A stretch of 63,149 bases of DNA, filler included, from Octopus bimaculoides (Eukaryota), in the NCBI RefSeq assembly GCF_001194135.2. It is 4 parts of 4 records of this genome, joined end to end, with 100 filler letters (N's around TTAATTAATTAA, not from the genome) between each part and the next. Parts side by side here need not be neighbours in the genome. Positions count along the whole stretch, not along the records: positions 1 to 25,874 come from NC_068981.1; 3 more parts are not named here. One strand, written 5' to 3'. Position numbers and translations under genes: made by a program. The notes beneath the pieces are model-generated. The model did no database searches. It saw nothing but the letters and a program-made list of their open reading frames with translations, and was not told the origin of the DNA. Positions 1-12,489 of the stretch are shown one piece after another (the first letter of the stretch is position 1; each line of letters opens with the position of its first letter).

Positions 1-39
<39 letters not shown>

Positions 40-40
<1 letters not shown>

Positions 41-1228
41 TTACAAGGTAAGTGTACGTATGCCACTGTATGTATATATAAATCTAAAAAATGAAACAAG
101 AATGCAACAGACAACAATAAAACATCTGGACAGATAGATGATACAAAGACAGACAGGAAAAAACAAGTACGGGTCATTCGTGACCTTCTCTCCTCTGTCA
201 AGTTTCCAGATTATCCTTACAGTTTTGGCCAGTCACACTTGGGACTGTTCAAATCTGGCTGGCCCCAAAAATCTAAGCTAAGACTATTAAATATTTGGGG
301 AGAAAGCAAGCAAATGTGTACGACAACAAAGGCTAAATAATAAAAAACAAACAAAAAAACAGAGAAAATGTCACACAATTACAAATACAAACAACAAGAA
401 AATAACAACAGATGTCTGTTGGCTAATAGAAACGAATCAAGTTAAGCTGATGTGTGTAGAATGAAAGCCTTGAGGCAGGAACATAGGAGATGAACATAAG
501 AGATGAAAGTCACGAGACAGGAATATAAGAGATGCTTTGTAGATGGCAGTCGAGCCAAGAAAGAAAGATCATGCTTGGCTGAACACTGGTCGTGTGGAAG
601 GAAAGAAGAGAGGTAGGGGGCAGAAGGATTGAAGAATTAGGGGGACAACGAGAAAGAAAGTCAAAAGGATGTAGAGAAGGTACAAGGGAGATAAACGAGG
701 AAAAGTAGGTAGATTAAAAAAAGAGAAGGCCAAGAAATGTGAGAGAGGGTGAGTGAGAAAAAAAAAGAGGAAAGAAAGAAAGTATGAGGGGGACTAAAAG
801 AAAGAGTAAAAGAGTCATACAGAATTTAGATACATATTTACTTACAAGGTGAGCAAGAGTGTACGTATGCCACTATATGTATATATAAATCCAAAAAATG
901 GAACAAGAATGCAACAGATGACAATAAAACATCTGGACAGATAGACAATACAAAGATGGACAAGAAAAACAACAAAAAGACGGACAGGAGAAAATAAGAA
1001 TGGATCATTCATGGCTTCTCTCCTCAGTCAAGTTTACAGATTATCAACATTTTCTCTTGGTTTTTTTTTTTGTCTTTGTTGTCATATGCATTCGCTTGTT
1101 TTCTCCCAAACTATTTAATAGTCTTAGCTTAGATTTTTGGGGCCAACCAGATTTGAACAGTCTCAAGTGTAACTGGCTGAAACTGTAAGGATAATCTGGA
1201 AACTTGACAGAGGAGAGAAGGCCACGAA
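40..1228. repeat. Composite repeat in the dynein intron: direct copies (~40-215, ~838-1045) and inverted copies (~177-360, ~1055-1228)
   Basis: tacttacaaggt..tgtacgtatgccact..acaagaatgcaacag..aaaacatctggacagataga occurs twice in direct orientation. ttcgtgaccttctctcctctgtcaagtttccagattatcc...ctaagctaagactattaaata recurs reverse-complemented, ending at 1228. Confidence 0.85.
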
Positions 1229-1346
1229 GTTGTTGAGGAGTGCTTGTCAGTTATAGCAGAATATTTTAGAACTTTTCACAGAAAATGTTTCTCTCTTTAC
1301 ATAAAAAAATTTAATTTTCTGTCATTTATCCAACTGTTATCCACAG

Positions 1347-1492
1347 GTTGTTATGTATATGGACTTTATCTGGAAGGCGCAGGCTGGGATCTAGAGAAGG
1401 GATGCCTTATTCGTCAAAAACCTAAACAATTGGTACAAGAATTACCTCTTTTGAAGATTATTCCTATTGAAAGTCACAAGTTAAAATTACAG
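1347..1492 (+). CDS. DNAH10: Axonemal dynein heavy chain (DNAH10-like), penultimate coding exon
   Basis: Acceptor ccacag|GT at 1346/1347 and donor CAG|gtaagc at 1492/1493. Translation GCYVYGLYLEGAGWDLEKGCLIRQKPKQLVQELPLLKIIPIESHKLKLQ is the conserved dynein C-terminal GL(Y/F)LEGAxWD segment. It splices in phase 0 to the exon at 4138. Confidence 0.93.
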
Positions 1493-2002
1493 GTAAGCTA
1501 TTGATATATCTGCAGGTAAAACGTCTGAGAAGATATATTACATTATTACATCATATTTTTAAAAATCATTTATTGAAACATTTGATAGTAAGAACACTTG
1601 ATATCAAATCACACCATATAATAATGTCTATTTACAGAACCATCCAACCCATTATGGCATTGATTCATTCTCTTCATTTTGCATATTGTTAAGTCAATTG
1701 AATTGAGTCAGAATATTGCTAGTTCTCATTCTATCAATCTTGGAGACTCAAAGGGGAAATTCAGTCTCATAGGAGTGAGTTGAAAGTAAATACAATTAGA
1801 CTGGAACATCTGTTTGAACCAGCTCACTATCTTTGTTTTATCTTTTAAACTTTATGTTTTGATCCTGCTGTTTGATGACCATTATAGAATTAGATATAGC
1901 TATGTATTGATAATCCTTTAACTCATTTAAAAAGGGGCGAAGAAATATATCGTCTTTAAGTCTTATCAATGTTGTTTCAAACCAATAAGTGATCTTCTAG
2001 AT

Positions 2003-2831
2003 CAGTGGTTCTCTACCGGGGTCCATATAAGATTTTTAGGGGTCCACACAACAAAATAGTAAATTAAGGATCCACTAGGATTTTCAAGGGCCTCTGACAA
2101 AATCTTGCTTTTGAACACTAAACTCTGCTTGAAAAGACCTGTTGGGGCAAGTGAAATCGTAATTGAACCATACTTGATGTCTGGTCACCGCGCCAGTGAA
2201 GCACTAACAGCACTGTCGAGCATGTTCATTGCCAGAGCAGCTGTCTGGCTTCCGTGATAGTGGCCCGCAAATAGCACCATTAGCGCGTAATCGTTACCAG
2301 CGTTGCCTTCTAGCACTTGTGCTGGTGGCACGTTAGAAAATAATTCGAGTGAGGTCATTGCCAATGCCACTGGACTGGCTCCCGTGCAGGTGGCACATAA
2401 AAAAACACCCTTTTGAGTGTGGCCATTGCCAGTACCGTGTGACTGGCCCTTGTGTCGGTGGCACGTAAAAGCACCCACTACATTCTCGGAGTGGTTAGCA
2501 TTAGGAAGGGCATCCAGCTGTAGAAACTCTGCCAGATCAGATTGGAGCCTGGTGCAGCCTTCTGGCTTGCCAATCCTCAGTCAAATCGTCCAACTCATGC
2601 TAGCATGGAAAGCGGACGTTAAACGATGATGATGATGATGTATGTATTGCAAGAAACAAGTTTCTTTCTCTAACATTTTACATGGTTCAACCTACACAAG
2701 TTAATGTGTGAAAACATTAATAAATAGCATTCTATAAAACTAGTTTTTAAACACTGAATGGTGATAGGGGTCCACCAGAATAAAATAGCAATCAAAGGGG
2801 TCCATAGTTAAAAAATGGCTGAGAACCCCTG
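2003..2831. mobile_element. Non-autonomous hAT (Charlie-like) DNA transposon with nested insertion
   Basis: TIRs CAGTGGTTCTC (2003) and GAGAACCCCTG (ends 2831). Identical 8-bp TSD ttctagat at 1995-2002 and 2832-2839. Confidence 0.9.
2190..2641 (+). mobile_element. SINE/LINE 3' fragment with (GAT)n tail nested inside the hAT element
   Basis: ggaagggcatccagctgtagaaac...gcatggaaagcggacgttaaacg followed by (atg)n tail, typical of RTE-tailed retroposons. Family not assigned with certainty. Confidence 0.6.
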
Positions 2832-3109
2832 TTCTAGATGATTGCTAAACTGTTTGGAAATAGCAGTCAAACTCTTTTCAGCTCACACAACCATTTTGGA
2901 AAAGAATGACTTGGATTATGTTGTCTTTGAGGCTGCTACACTCGGGGGTGGGGGAAACCCCAGCAGAGTCATGGCTGTAATGCTTTTGATCATTGACTTG
3001 CTAGAACTGGACCAACCTGGAGCTAAGTAAATACAACAATCAATGTTGTTTTGATTGAGTGTTCCTATCGTTTCAAAAGAAGCATTGAAGATAGTTTTAG
3101 ATATCTTTG

Positions 3110-3192
3110 ATGCTGCTGTCACTGCTGCTGCTACCACCGCCGCCACCACCACCACCACTGCCACCGCCACTGCCACCACCACCACCACCGCT
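3110..3192. repeat. (GCT)/(CCA)n trinucleotide microsatellite
   Basis: Visible tandem CCA/CCG triplets. Confidence 0.9.
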
Positions 3193-3318
3193 GGCATTCA
3201 ATTTTCCGTTAGTGACCCATGAGAGGATTTTAGTAACCAGTACAACAAGGCAGCAAAACAATTCTCATTGCAGAAGTTTAAGTTTCTGCTGTTTATGACA
3301 CCGAGACTTCCCAGATAT

Positions 3319-3720
3319 CTCTTTTACTCTTTTACTTGTTTCAGTCATTTGACTGCGGCCATGCTGGGGCACCGCCTTTAGTCGAGAAAATCGACCCCAG
3401 GACTTATTTTTTAGATGCCTAGTACTTATTCTATCGGTCACTTTTGCCGAACCGCTAAGTTACGGGGACGTAAACACACTACCATCGGTTGTCAAGCAAT
3501 GTTGGGGGGACAAACACAGACACACAAACACATACACACACATATATACATATACATATATACGACAGGCTTCTTTCAGTTTCCGTCTACCAAATCCACT
3601 CACAAGGCTTTGGTCGGCTCGAGGCTACAGTAGAAGACACTTGCCCAAGGTGCCACACAGTGGGAATGAACCCAGAACCATGTGGTTGGTAAGGAAGCTA
3701 CTTACCACACAGCCACTCCT
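3319..3720 (-). mobile_element. SINE family A (tRNA-like head + CORE-like cttgggcaagtgtcttctactatagcc + internal microsatellite), full copy
   Basis: Reverse complement of gtggctgtgtggtaagtagcttcctt...gcatggccgcagtcaaatgactgaaacaagtaaaagagtaaaagag. The same sequence recurs more than 12 times in the window. Confidence 0.85.
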
Positions 3721-3861
3721 TGTTAGAAGTAAGATTTATCAAAAGGACAATGCTGCACTAATTATCTGCTAGATTAATACATGAATCATTACATCAGTTA
3801 GGACTATCATTGATCTATGTTGTTTAACAAACTAATTACGAGGATTGCGGTAATTGTTTTG

Positions 3862-4110
3862 ATAGTGATGATGATGATGATAATGATGATGATGGTGGTG
3901 GTGGCGATGATTTTGTGAGGATGTTCGTGTTGATGATGGTAAGTTGGTGACAAAATCTACAATGCTGATGGCTGTATTATGATGATGATGATGATGATGA
4001 TGCCGATGAAGACAATGGTTGTGTTGTTGTTGGTTGCATTGATAATGATGGAATTTATAATGATGATGAGAATTATAATGATGGTGATTGTGTTGTTGAT
4101 GATGATGATG
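3862..4110. repeat. Degenerate (GAT/GTT)n microsatellite at the 3' end of the last dynein intron
   Basis: Tandem gat/ggt/gtt triplets; they generate the spurious poly-M and poly-H ORFs. Confidence 0.9.
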
Positions 4111-4137
4111 AATAACGAGCTTCTCATTTTGTTTCAG

Positions 4138-4284
4138 AACACTATCAGGACGCCTGTATATGTTACGTCTCAACGTCGTAATGCCATGGGTGTTGGCCTT
4201 ATATTTGAGGCAGATCTGGCTACAACAGAACATATCAGCCATTGGGTATTGCAAGGTGTATGTCTCATACTAAACACTGACTGA
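4138..4284 (+). CDS. DNAH10: Axonemal dynein heavy chain (DNAH10-like), terminal coding exon
   Basis: Acceptor ttctcattttgtttcag|AAC. Translation NTIRTPVYVTSQRRNAMGVGLIFEADLATTEHISHWVLQGVCLILNTD* matches the C-terminus recalled for DNAH10 (RRNAMGVGLVFEADL...SHWVLQGVCL). The ortholog assignment is from recognition, not a database search. Confidence 0.92.
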   Translation, partial: NTIRTPVYVTSQRRNAMGVGLIFEADLATTEHISHWVLQGVCLILNTD

Positions 4285-5327
4285 ATTACATTACATATCT
4301 TAAACACGCATGTACATGAATTCTTTCACAAACATACACTCATATTACATTACATTTATTTTCCCATTTACATATATCCATATATATACTTATACACACA
4401 TAACTACCTTTACATTTACACACTTTAATTATAAGCATACACATGCATACACACATTCTTATACATATACACATTAACATATATGTATGTATACATACAT
4501 ACTCTCTTTCTCTCTTCCAGAGGTACCTCAACATACAATGGTTACAAGTAACTGCAAGTAGGGAGACTGTTGTCATTTGATGTGCTAGAAATAACAGTCA
4601 AATTTTCTTCAAATCAAACTCTGCCAATATAAAAAAAAACGAATGACACATTGGATAATATATTTTGAGATGGAATGATCTTTCATCATGAATTTGTTTA
4701 ATCAGAGTAAAACAACGAAAGTAACAAAATGTTTACAAAAGTTGAATTTAATTATTTCTGATGTAGGCCTTTTGTACACGCAACTAATGAAATATGTGCT
4801 TTGTGATATTTTATACTACACATTTTGTTACGTTGCTATTGTCTAGCTCCAGGTTAGCTTTTATTGGGTGGACCTATGATCACAGGCTTTCTATGCCATA
4901 ACCATCCTATCTCTTTTTACATGGCAATGTGTATCTGGTGATACATGATCTAATGTATTTTTTCTAAAAAGACAAATTTTTAGCTGAGAAATTTGACTGT
5001 TTCTAGTAAGTTAAAGTGACCACATTAGAGTTTACCTCTTGTCTTGTGCCTTTTGTTACTTATTGTGTAAGTGATGTAAGATAAACTCTGTTCTGTCAGT
5101 ACTTTTGATACTAACATATGAATTGAATAAAAGTAATGATTACTATATATCTATGTTATTGTTAATAGCACCTCTACCATCCAGCTACAATTTAGTTGCA
5201 TATATTCATTTCCTTATAAAATGGTGCTGATGTCATTTATGTTCCTTTGTATACTTCTTGTTTGCTTCTAACATCTCTAAGTTTTAAAGTAAAAGAAAAA
5301 GCAAAAAAAGCAAAAAAAAAAAAAAAA

Positions 5328-5925
5328 CTGGCATGACTGGTAAGAAGCTTGCTTCCTAACGACATGGTTCTAGGTTCTAGGTTCAGTCCAATTGCATGGC
5401 ACCTTGGGCAAGTGCAGTCTACTATAGCTAGCTTTGGGCCTACCAAAGTCTTGTGAGTGGATTTGGTAGATGGAAACTGAGAGAAGCCTGTCGTGTATGT
5501 GTGTGTGTGTTATTTCTTTACTACCCACAAGGGGCTACACACAGAGGGGACAAACAAGGACAGACAAACCGATTAAGTCGATTATATACCAGTGCGTAAC
5601 TGGTACTTATTTAATTGACCCCGAAAGGATGAAAGGCAAAGTCAACCTCGGTGGAATTTGAACTCGGAACGTAGCGGCAGACGAAATACCGCTAAGCATT
5701 TCGCCCGGTGTGCTAACGTTTCTGCCAGTTCGCCGTGTGTATGTCTGTGTGTGTGTCTGTGTTTGTCCTCCATCACTGCTTGATGTCCAGTGTTGGTGTG
5801 TTTACATCCCAACTTAGCAGTTCAGCAAACGAGTCTGATAGAATAAGTACTAGGCTTAAAAAATATAGCAATGCTCCAGCATGGTAGCAGTCAAATGACT
5901 GAAACAAGTAAAAGAGTATAAGAGA
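5328..5925 (+). mobile_element. SINE family A copy interrupted by a family B SINE
   Basis: A head at 5328-5500, family B insert at ~5515-5735, then A tail ending aaatgactgaaacaagtaaaagag. Confidence 0.8.
5515..5735 (-). mobile_element. SINE family B (ggcgagctggcagaaacgttagc head)
   Basis: Reverse complement of gcgaactggcagaaacgttagcacaccgggcgaaatgcttagcgg...ttcatcctttcggggtc. A close copy lies at 6312-6540. Confidence 0.85.
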
Positions 5926-6311
5926 GTAAACAAACATTCTTTTCAATCACTAGCTTACCTATTAGGCTCTGTAAGTCTTCTCTACTGATCTGCTTGAGTC
6001 TGGTGGGAGTTGTAAGTTGATTTACATTGATCCTGGTACTTTATTTTATCAACCTCACAAGGATGAAAGAAAATTTGATCTCAGCAAATAATAATAATTT
6101 CATATATAAGCACAAAGTCAGAAATTCAAGAGAGCTGTGTAGCTGAATAAATCAACCTGGTTAAGTATCATACATAACTAGTAGTTCATTTTATCCCCAC
6201 CTCACCAACAGAAGGATGAAGAGCAAAGTTGACTTTTGCAGGATTTGAATTCAGAATGTAATGAGGCATTTTGTCCAATGTTTTAATGATCTTGCCAATT
6301 AAGAATAAGAA

Positions 6312-6540
6312 TTACTTCTTTACTGCCCACTAGGGGCTACACACAGAGAGGACAAACAAGGACAGATAAACGGATTAAGTCGATTGCATCGACCCCAGTG
6401 CATAACTGGTACTTAATTTATCGACCCCGAAAGGATGAAAGGCAAAGTCAATCACGGCGGAATTTGAACTCAGAACGTAACAGCAGACGAAATACCGCTA
6501 AGCATTTCACCCGGCGTGCTAACGTTTCTGCCAGCTCACC
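6312..6540 (-). mobile_element. SINE family B
   Basis: Near-identical to 5515-5735 and 37062-37277. Confidence 0.85.
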
Positions 6541-7293
6541 AATTAAGAATAAGAATGATAACAAGAATAACAATATTTTCTAACAGAGGCATGAAGCCAA
6601 GATTTTGTTTTACTTTTTAAAATTTATTTTTTATTTTTTATATTTTGGAGGTAAGGTAAGTTGATTAACTCAATGCCCTAGAAGGATGAAAAATGTAGTT
6701 GACCTTGGCGAGATTTGAACTACAGATGTGAAGAGCCAGAACAAATATTGCAAGGCATTTTGTCTGCTGCTCTAACAAGTCTGTCAATCATGAATAACAA
6801 TGGTGAATGACAGCAACAGCAATAGTAATAAGAATTTAACAACTCTGTAGAAACCCTGGACTGGTTTCACACTCAGTGGGGAAAAGTTCAAGTGTAAAAG
6901 AGAAATGATAAATGGATATACAATCACACAAAACCAATTATTCTGTAGACATGTCAGTTGAAGACAATTTGAGACTTATTTAGGTTCAGCTGCATTGTAT
7001 GTAATGGATCTATGAGGCCAGTAACTAGCTGTTCTTTTAAAAACAGAAAATTAGTGGAATTTTAAGGGTTGCTGGCCTCATGAAGTTCTCAAGTTACATG
7101 CTTTACAGAATTGACTGGAAATACTCAGAAATGGAAGTAATCCAACTTATTTCATATTTCAACAGTCCAACCTTTAACCGGCTGTCAACACACATGCTGT
7201 TATTATATACAAGTATGGTCTTGTGGTATGTGGTGTATTCAGATGTCAGCATTTTGATGTACTAGAGAAAATTATTTTGAATAAATGTATTTA

Positions 7294-7474
7294 TAGGTGC
7301 AGGCATGGCTGTTTGGTAAGAAGTTTGCTTCCCAACGATATGGTTCCGGATTTAATCCCACTGCATAGCATCTTGGGCAAGTGTCTCCTACTATAGCTTC
7401 AAGCCAACCAAAGACTTGAGTGGATTTAGTAGACAGAAACTGAAAGAAGCCTGTTGTGTATCTCTCTCTCTCTT

Positions 7475-7506
<32 letters not shown>

Positions 7507-7712
7507 GTGTGTGTGTGTGTGTGTGTCTTTGTTTGTTCCCACACCTATTACTTGACAACTGGTGTTGGTGTGTTTACATCCCTGTAACTTAGCAGTTCAG
7601 CAAAAGTGACTGAGAGAATAAGTACCTATACTTTAAAAACTTGATTCATTTGACTAAAATTCTTCAAGGCAGTGCCCCAGCATGACCACAGTCTACTGAC
7701 TGAAACAAGTAA
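7294..7712 (+). mobile_element. SINE family A
   Basis: Head gcaggcatggctgtttggtaagaagtttgc, CORE-like block, (TA)/(TG) insert and tail actgaaacaagtaaaa. Confidence 0.8.
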
Positions 7713-8998
7713 AATTAGTAGAACATCAGACAAGATGCGACATTTGATTACTCCTTTAATGCTCTGAGTTCAAACCCTACCCAAGTTGATTGTGCCTTTT
7801 GTTATTCAATGGTTGATAAAAGAAGTTCCAATCTACTAGGACTGAGTTTTGATATAGACTGTTAAAACCCTGGAAGGTGGGGCATCAGCATTGTCACACT
7901 TTAATGATGGCAAGTGCAGTGGTTTGAAGTACATATCATGTCTCAGTGAACTGCTATACAGAAATTGCTGTATTTTTTATTTCTCTCTCAACAAACTAGA
8001 TTTTGTAAATGATTATACAAATCATAAAACTGTCTTTGAAAAGTTTAACAGTGCTAAATCCATCAGTGTAAAATATTTTAACTAAGACCTTGTGTAGACC
8101 AAATTTTCCTACAATTTCCCATCAAAAGCTCATTTTCTCAGCAGGGTTTCTTTACTACCTACAGATCATGAGATGTGAAGTATATTATGTGTATATAATA
8201 AAAATTATGAATATAAGATTAAACACAAAAAATTACTCTAAAATGCACTTGTAAAAAATTAGTTATTAATAAATATTTCTTGTGGAACCCTAGGGTTGGG
8301 AAGAACTGCACTTGAATAATTAGTGGAAAAAGTTTTGGGTTCATATATCATTGGCATGGCATTGATGTATCTTCATAACAGTTATTAATGGTCCTTTGAA
8401 TCTAGCTCTAAATAGGTGTACCAGTGGAATTATTTTTCCCTTTAGACAAGGACAAAACTGTTATTGTTGTTATTATTGTCATTGTTTAGCTCTAGCTAAG
8501 CCATGATTAAGTAGACTAATAATTAAAGGTATTCAAGTCACCATCATCCATCTGTCTTTTTTTTTTCCAGTAATAGTGTACCCCACATGCAGGCATTGTT
8601 GAGTAGTTAAGTTGTTCGCCTCACAACCCTGAAGTTTTAGATTTAATGCTGATGTGTGGAATCTTGCACAAGTGTCTTTTACCACAGCCTTAGATTAATC
8701 TAAGCCTTATGAATGAAATTTGGTTGACAAAAACTGTGGATACCTAGGCTGTTGTTTGGATCATACTTGTAATTCAAAGATTTAGCTTTGTCACATTGTT
8801 TCACACTGCTTCAGCCTGAAAATTTACATTAAGGTTACAAGTATCTGTTGAATGCTCAGTTATTTATATGTTGATTTAACGTGGGGCTAGTTCATTAAAA
8901 CCAACAAAGGATCTATCATCATAACTCGGACATTATCTACGTGTTCATTCTAAGATGGTAAAGTTTAGTTTCAAGGAGATTTAATGGGCATTTCTGTG

Positions 8999-9368
8999 GA
9001 AGCGCAATGGCCCAGTGGTTAGGGCAGCAGACTCGCGGTTTCAATTCCCAGACCGGGCGTTGTGAGTGTTTATTGAGCGAAAACACCTAAAAGCTCCACA
9101 AGGTTCCGGCAGGGGATGGTGGCGAACCCTGCTGTACTCTTTCACCACAACTTTCTCTCACTCTTTCTTCCTGTTTCTGTTGTGCCTGTAATTCAAAGGG
9201 TCAGCCTTGTCACACTGTATCACGCTGAATATCCCCGGGAACTACGTTAAGGGTACACGTGTCTGTGGAGTGCTCAGTCACTTGCATGTTAATTTCACGA
9301 GCAGGCTGTTCGTTGATCGGATCAACTGGAACCCTCGATGTCGTAAGCAACGGAGTGCAACAACAACA
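8999..9368 (+). mobile_element. SINE family C (gcgcaatggcccagtggttagggcagc tRNA-like head)
   Basis: Matches copies at 45864-46243 and 56018-56390. Pol III A-box-like tggcccagtgg and B-box-like gtttcaattccc. Confidence 0.85.
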
Positions 9369-11085
9369 ATGGTCATTTCTAGAAGATTGAGCAACAACGC
9401 AGAGGCTACATTGACAAATGATTTATTATGGTGTTGAGAAGTTTGGAATTGTACCTATGACCTTTACAGATCCTCTTAGACTGGTAATTTTGATACACTT
9501 GAATGTTTATGCTGCACTTCCAAGTTCAATTCTTCCCACAAAGGAAATTACTTTTATTAGACTAGTATCCTATTCTGAGAAAGAAAAATTGCTCAGTTGC
9601 TTCATTCTACAGAAAACGGATAAGCACCAGTCTTATGGTTCCTTGTATTATGTAATTAAATTACAGCTGTGAGCTGGTGGAATTGTTACTTCACAAAACA
9701 AAATGCTTGGTGGCATTTCTTCCAGCTTTATGTTCTGGGTTCAAATTCCACCAAGGTTGACTTTGCCTTTCATCCTTTTGAGGTCATTAACAGAAGTACC
9801 AGTGGAACACTGGGGTCAATGTAATTAAATTATCCCTTGCCACCAAATTTCATGCCTTGTGCCTATAGTAGAAAAGATTATATAATTAAACTGCTAATCA
9901 AAAATCTCAAGGAATTTGAAATGCAACTTTCATCTGGAACAGGTGGAGAGAGACAGCTCATAAGCTTGTCATTAGCCAAAATCCATTTGAAGTTTATAGA
10001 TTCATTTAGCATCATAGCATTCACCTGTGAACGACAATCCTTGAAGTTATACTGAAACTAAACCCCAACTCATTCATTCTCAAGAAACTATATAACATCT
10101 CATCTTACATTCTCATAAAACCGATGCTCTGGTTTCTCCTCACACCTAGCAGAAAAATCATTTGCCTTTTACATTCATACAAAATCAAACCACCCAAAGC
10201 TATTATGTGTGTACTCAAAAGCAACCATAATTTGGACATAAATACATTTTCCTCCAGTGAAGCTAATGAAGTTTAATGGGATTGCAGAGTACTGTGATGA
10301 GGCATTAAAATGCAACTGACATCAGGGGTAAAAAAAATTAGCAAAAATCCTTCCAATAAAGTAAAGAAGCTTGAACAGATTGATTGATCTACTAGAAGTA
10401 ACAACCAAACCTCTTTCAAATTACACATAATTGTCTGAGAAAAGAAGGATATGTGAGGTAATGTAAATTTGAAATTATTCCCCCCCCCCCCAAAAGTGTG
10501 CATTTTCACAGAGGGAATGCTTTTCAGCTAAGTTTGTTGGATCAGGGTTGACCAGAGGCGAAATAGCAACAGCAACAACAATTCTCAACTTTTCTGTTGT
10601 TCGTTCTAGACCCTAAACACATACATCTGAAGACCTTACTTGATGCAAATATAAAGATATTCCAAAATTCGACAACATCCGAAATCCAGAACACTTTGGG
10701 GTGCAGGAATTTCAGGTAAAAGATTTCTCAAATGTATGTATGTATGCATGCAACACTCAGATATATTAAAAACGATCGTTGATACAGGTTATCAATTAAA
10801 AAAAATTTTTTTTGTCAGAAACACCTTTTTCGGGAAAAAGAAACACAAGGGTGTGAGTATAATGTAGACTGACGTTATTGGGAAACGGAAAATAGGATGT
10901 GAAAAGAGAAACAATCTTTAGAAAAATCAGTCCACAAACAATATACAGAAACAGTATAAAAGGGGACAAAAATTGTTGCTGAAAGAAAAAGAGAATTAGT
11001 GAAAAAAACGAAACAAAACAAATATTTGTAATTATTGTACAACTGTGTCCTTTAACTTTTTGACTGTGTAATTAAATTTCATGTG

Positions 11086-11235
11086 CTGTGTGGTTAGAAG
11101 CTTGCTTCCGAACCACATAATTCCGTGTTCAGTCCCACAGCATGGAACTATGGGAAAGTGTCTTCTACTGTAGCCTCGGACTGACCAAAGCCTTATGAGT
11201 GGGTTTGGTAGGCGGAAACTGAAAGAAGCCCGTCG

Positions 11236-11296
<61 letters not shown>

Positions 11297-11485
11297 GCAT
11301 CTTTGTGTCTGTGTTTGTGCCCCCACCATCGCTTGGCAATCGTTGGTGTGTTTATATCCCCGTAACTTAGCAGTTCGGTTCAGAGGTCGATAGAATAAGT
11401 CCTGGGATCGAATTCTTAGACTAAAACTCTTTAAGGCGGTGCTCTAGCATGTCATCAGTCAAATGACTGAAACAAGTAAAAGAAT
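11086..11485 (+). mobile_element. SINE family A
   Basis: Same head, core and tail as 3319-3720, with a (TG)n insert. Confidence 0.8.
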
Positions 11486-11599
11486 AATCCACCCCAAATA
11501 GAAGTGATATTTTTTTGCTTTTGCAATACTTTGTAGCGTACATTTGAGTGAAATTCCTCTCCTCTCTATTACATATATACATACAAACGTAGTAGATAA

Positions 11600-12160
11600 C
11601 AGCTAGCCCATGGCCACATTTTGGACCCTGTTGTGTCCACTATTCTGATTGGTTGGTATTGGTGCAATTTGTCTCTTGCTCTATCGCGCACCAATATGCA
11701 ACCCAACCAGTCGCAGCCTCCAAATAAGGTCACGTATGACAGCCTGTTTTCTACCTCAGCTGAGCCTACAAATCCTTATAAAAAAACTTACTTTTCCTCG
11801 TCTCGATGTCTAGCCACTGACCACACAAGACACCGCCAGTTCCAGCGACAACACAACAGCAGCCACGTGGATACTCATAAACTTCGTCTAATAGCATTCA
11901 GCGACCTCCATCTCCGTCTCTACCATTCGTCCTAACGTCAACATCTCTCTATCTATTATTCTGTATATATGACGCACACACAATCACTGTTAACATATCA
12001 ATAAATCTTCTCTTAAACATTCTACCCGGTTGTGTTTCTTATTCTGGCACATATATGCATTGTTCTATCTCTATTTATTGTATTAACTGTGTGATGTACT
12101 AAGGAGCCATTCTCATCACATCGCTTCGCACAAATCGGCGACCCGTTCCAGTTCCTTGAA
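11600..12160 (+). mobile_element. Possible LTR remnant with PBS-like junction
   Basis: Unique-looking segment with tatatatga (~11965) and aataaa (~12000) ending near ...catcaca, followed by aatcggcgacccg, which resembles a gypsy tggcgacc PBS. No second LTR or pol ORF seen. Confidence 0.25.
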
Positions 12161-12299
12161 ACTACAAAATAATTATAATGGGAGAAGGAGATACTCCACA
12201 GGTATCTAAACCTTCAATTCCATTATAACTTTTCCAGTGTCTCTTGTAGGTACGGTTTTTATATCCTACACTAAAAGTATTTTATTCTTGCTCTGTTAA

Positions 12300-12489
12300 G
12301 ATATATTTAAAGAAATATGTAAAAAAAAGATTGAAAAATTGTCTCTGTAAAAAATGTCACTGGGTGTGCCTCCGCTTCCTGCAGCATAAAGAGAGTTTTG
12401 TTTCAAAGCTGTGGAGGAAACCCATTTCTGCAGTTAACGGTCATGAAATTTTGAGCTGATAAATCCGCTTTTTGCGCTCAAAGGGTTAA
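12300..12489. mobile_element. piggyBac-like terminal fragment
   Basis: Ends gcgctcaaaGGG|TTAA (12482-12489), the canonical piggyBac terminus plus TTAA target. The matching left end was not found. Confidence 0.4.

Noticed and set aside
2916-4254. Poly-Pro, poly-His and poly-Met ORFs
   Set aside because: Trinucleotide repeats inside the dynein intron; only 4138-4284 is coding.
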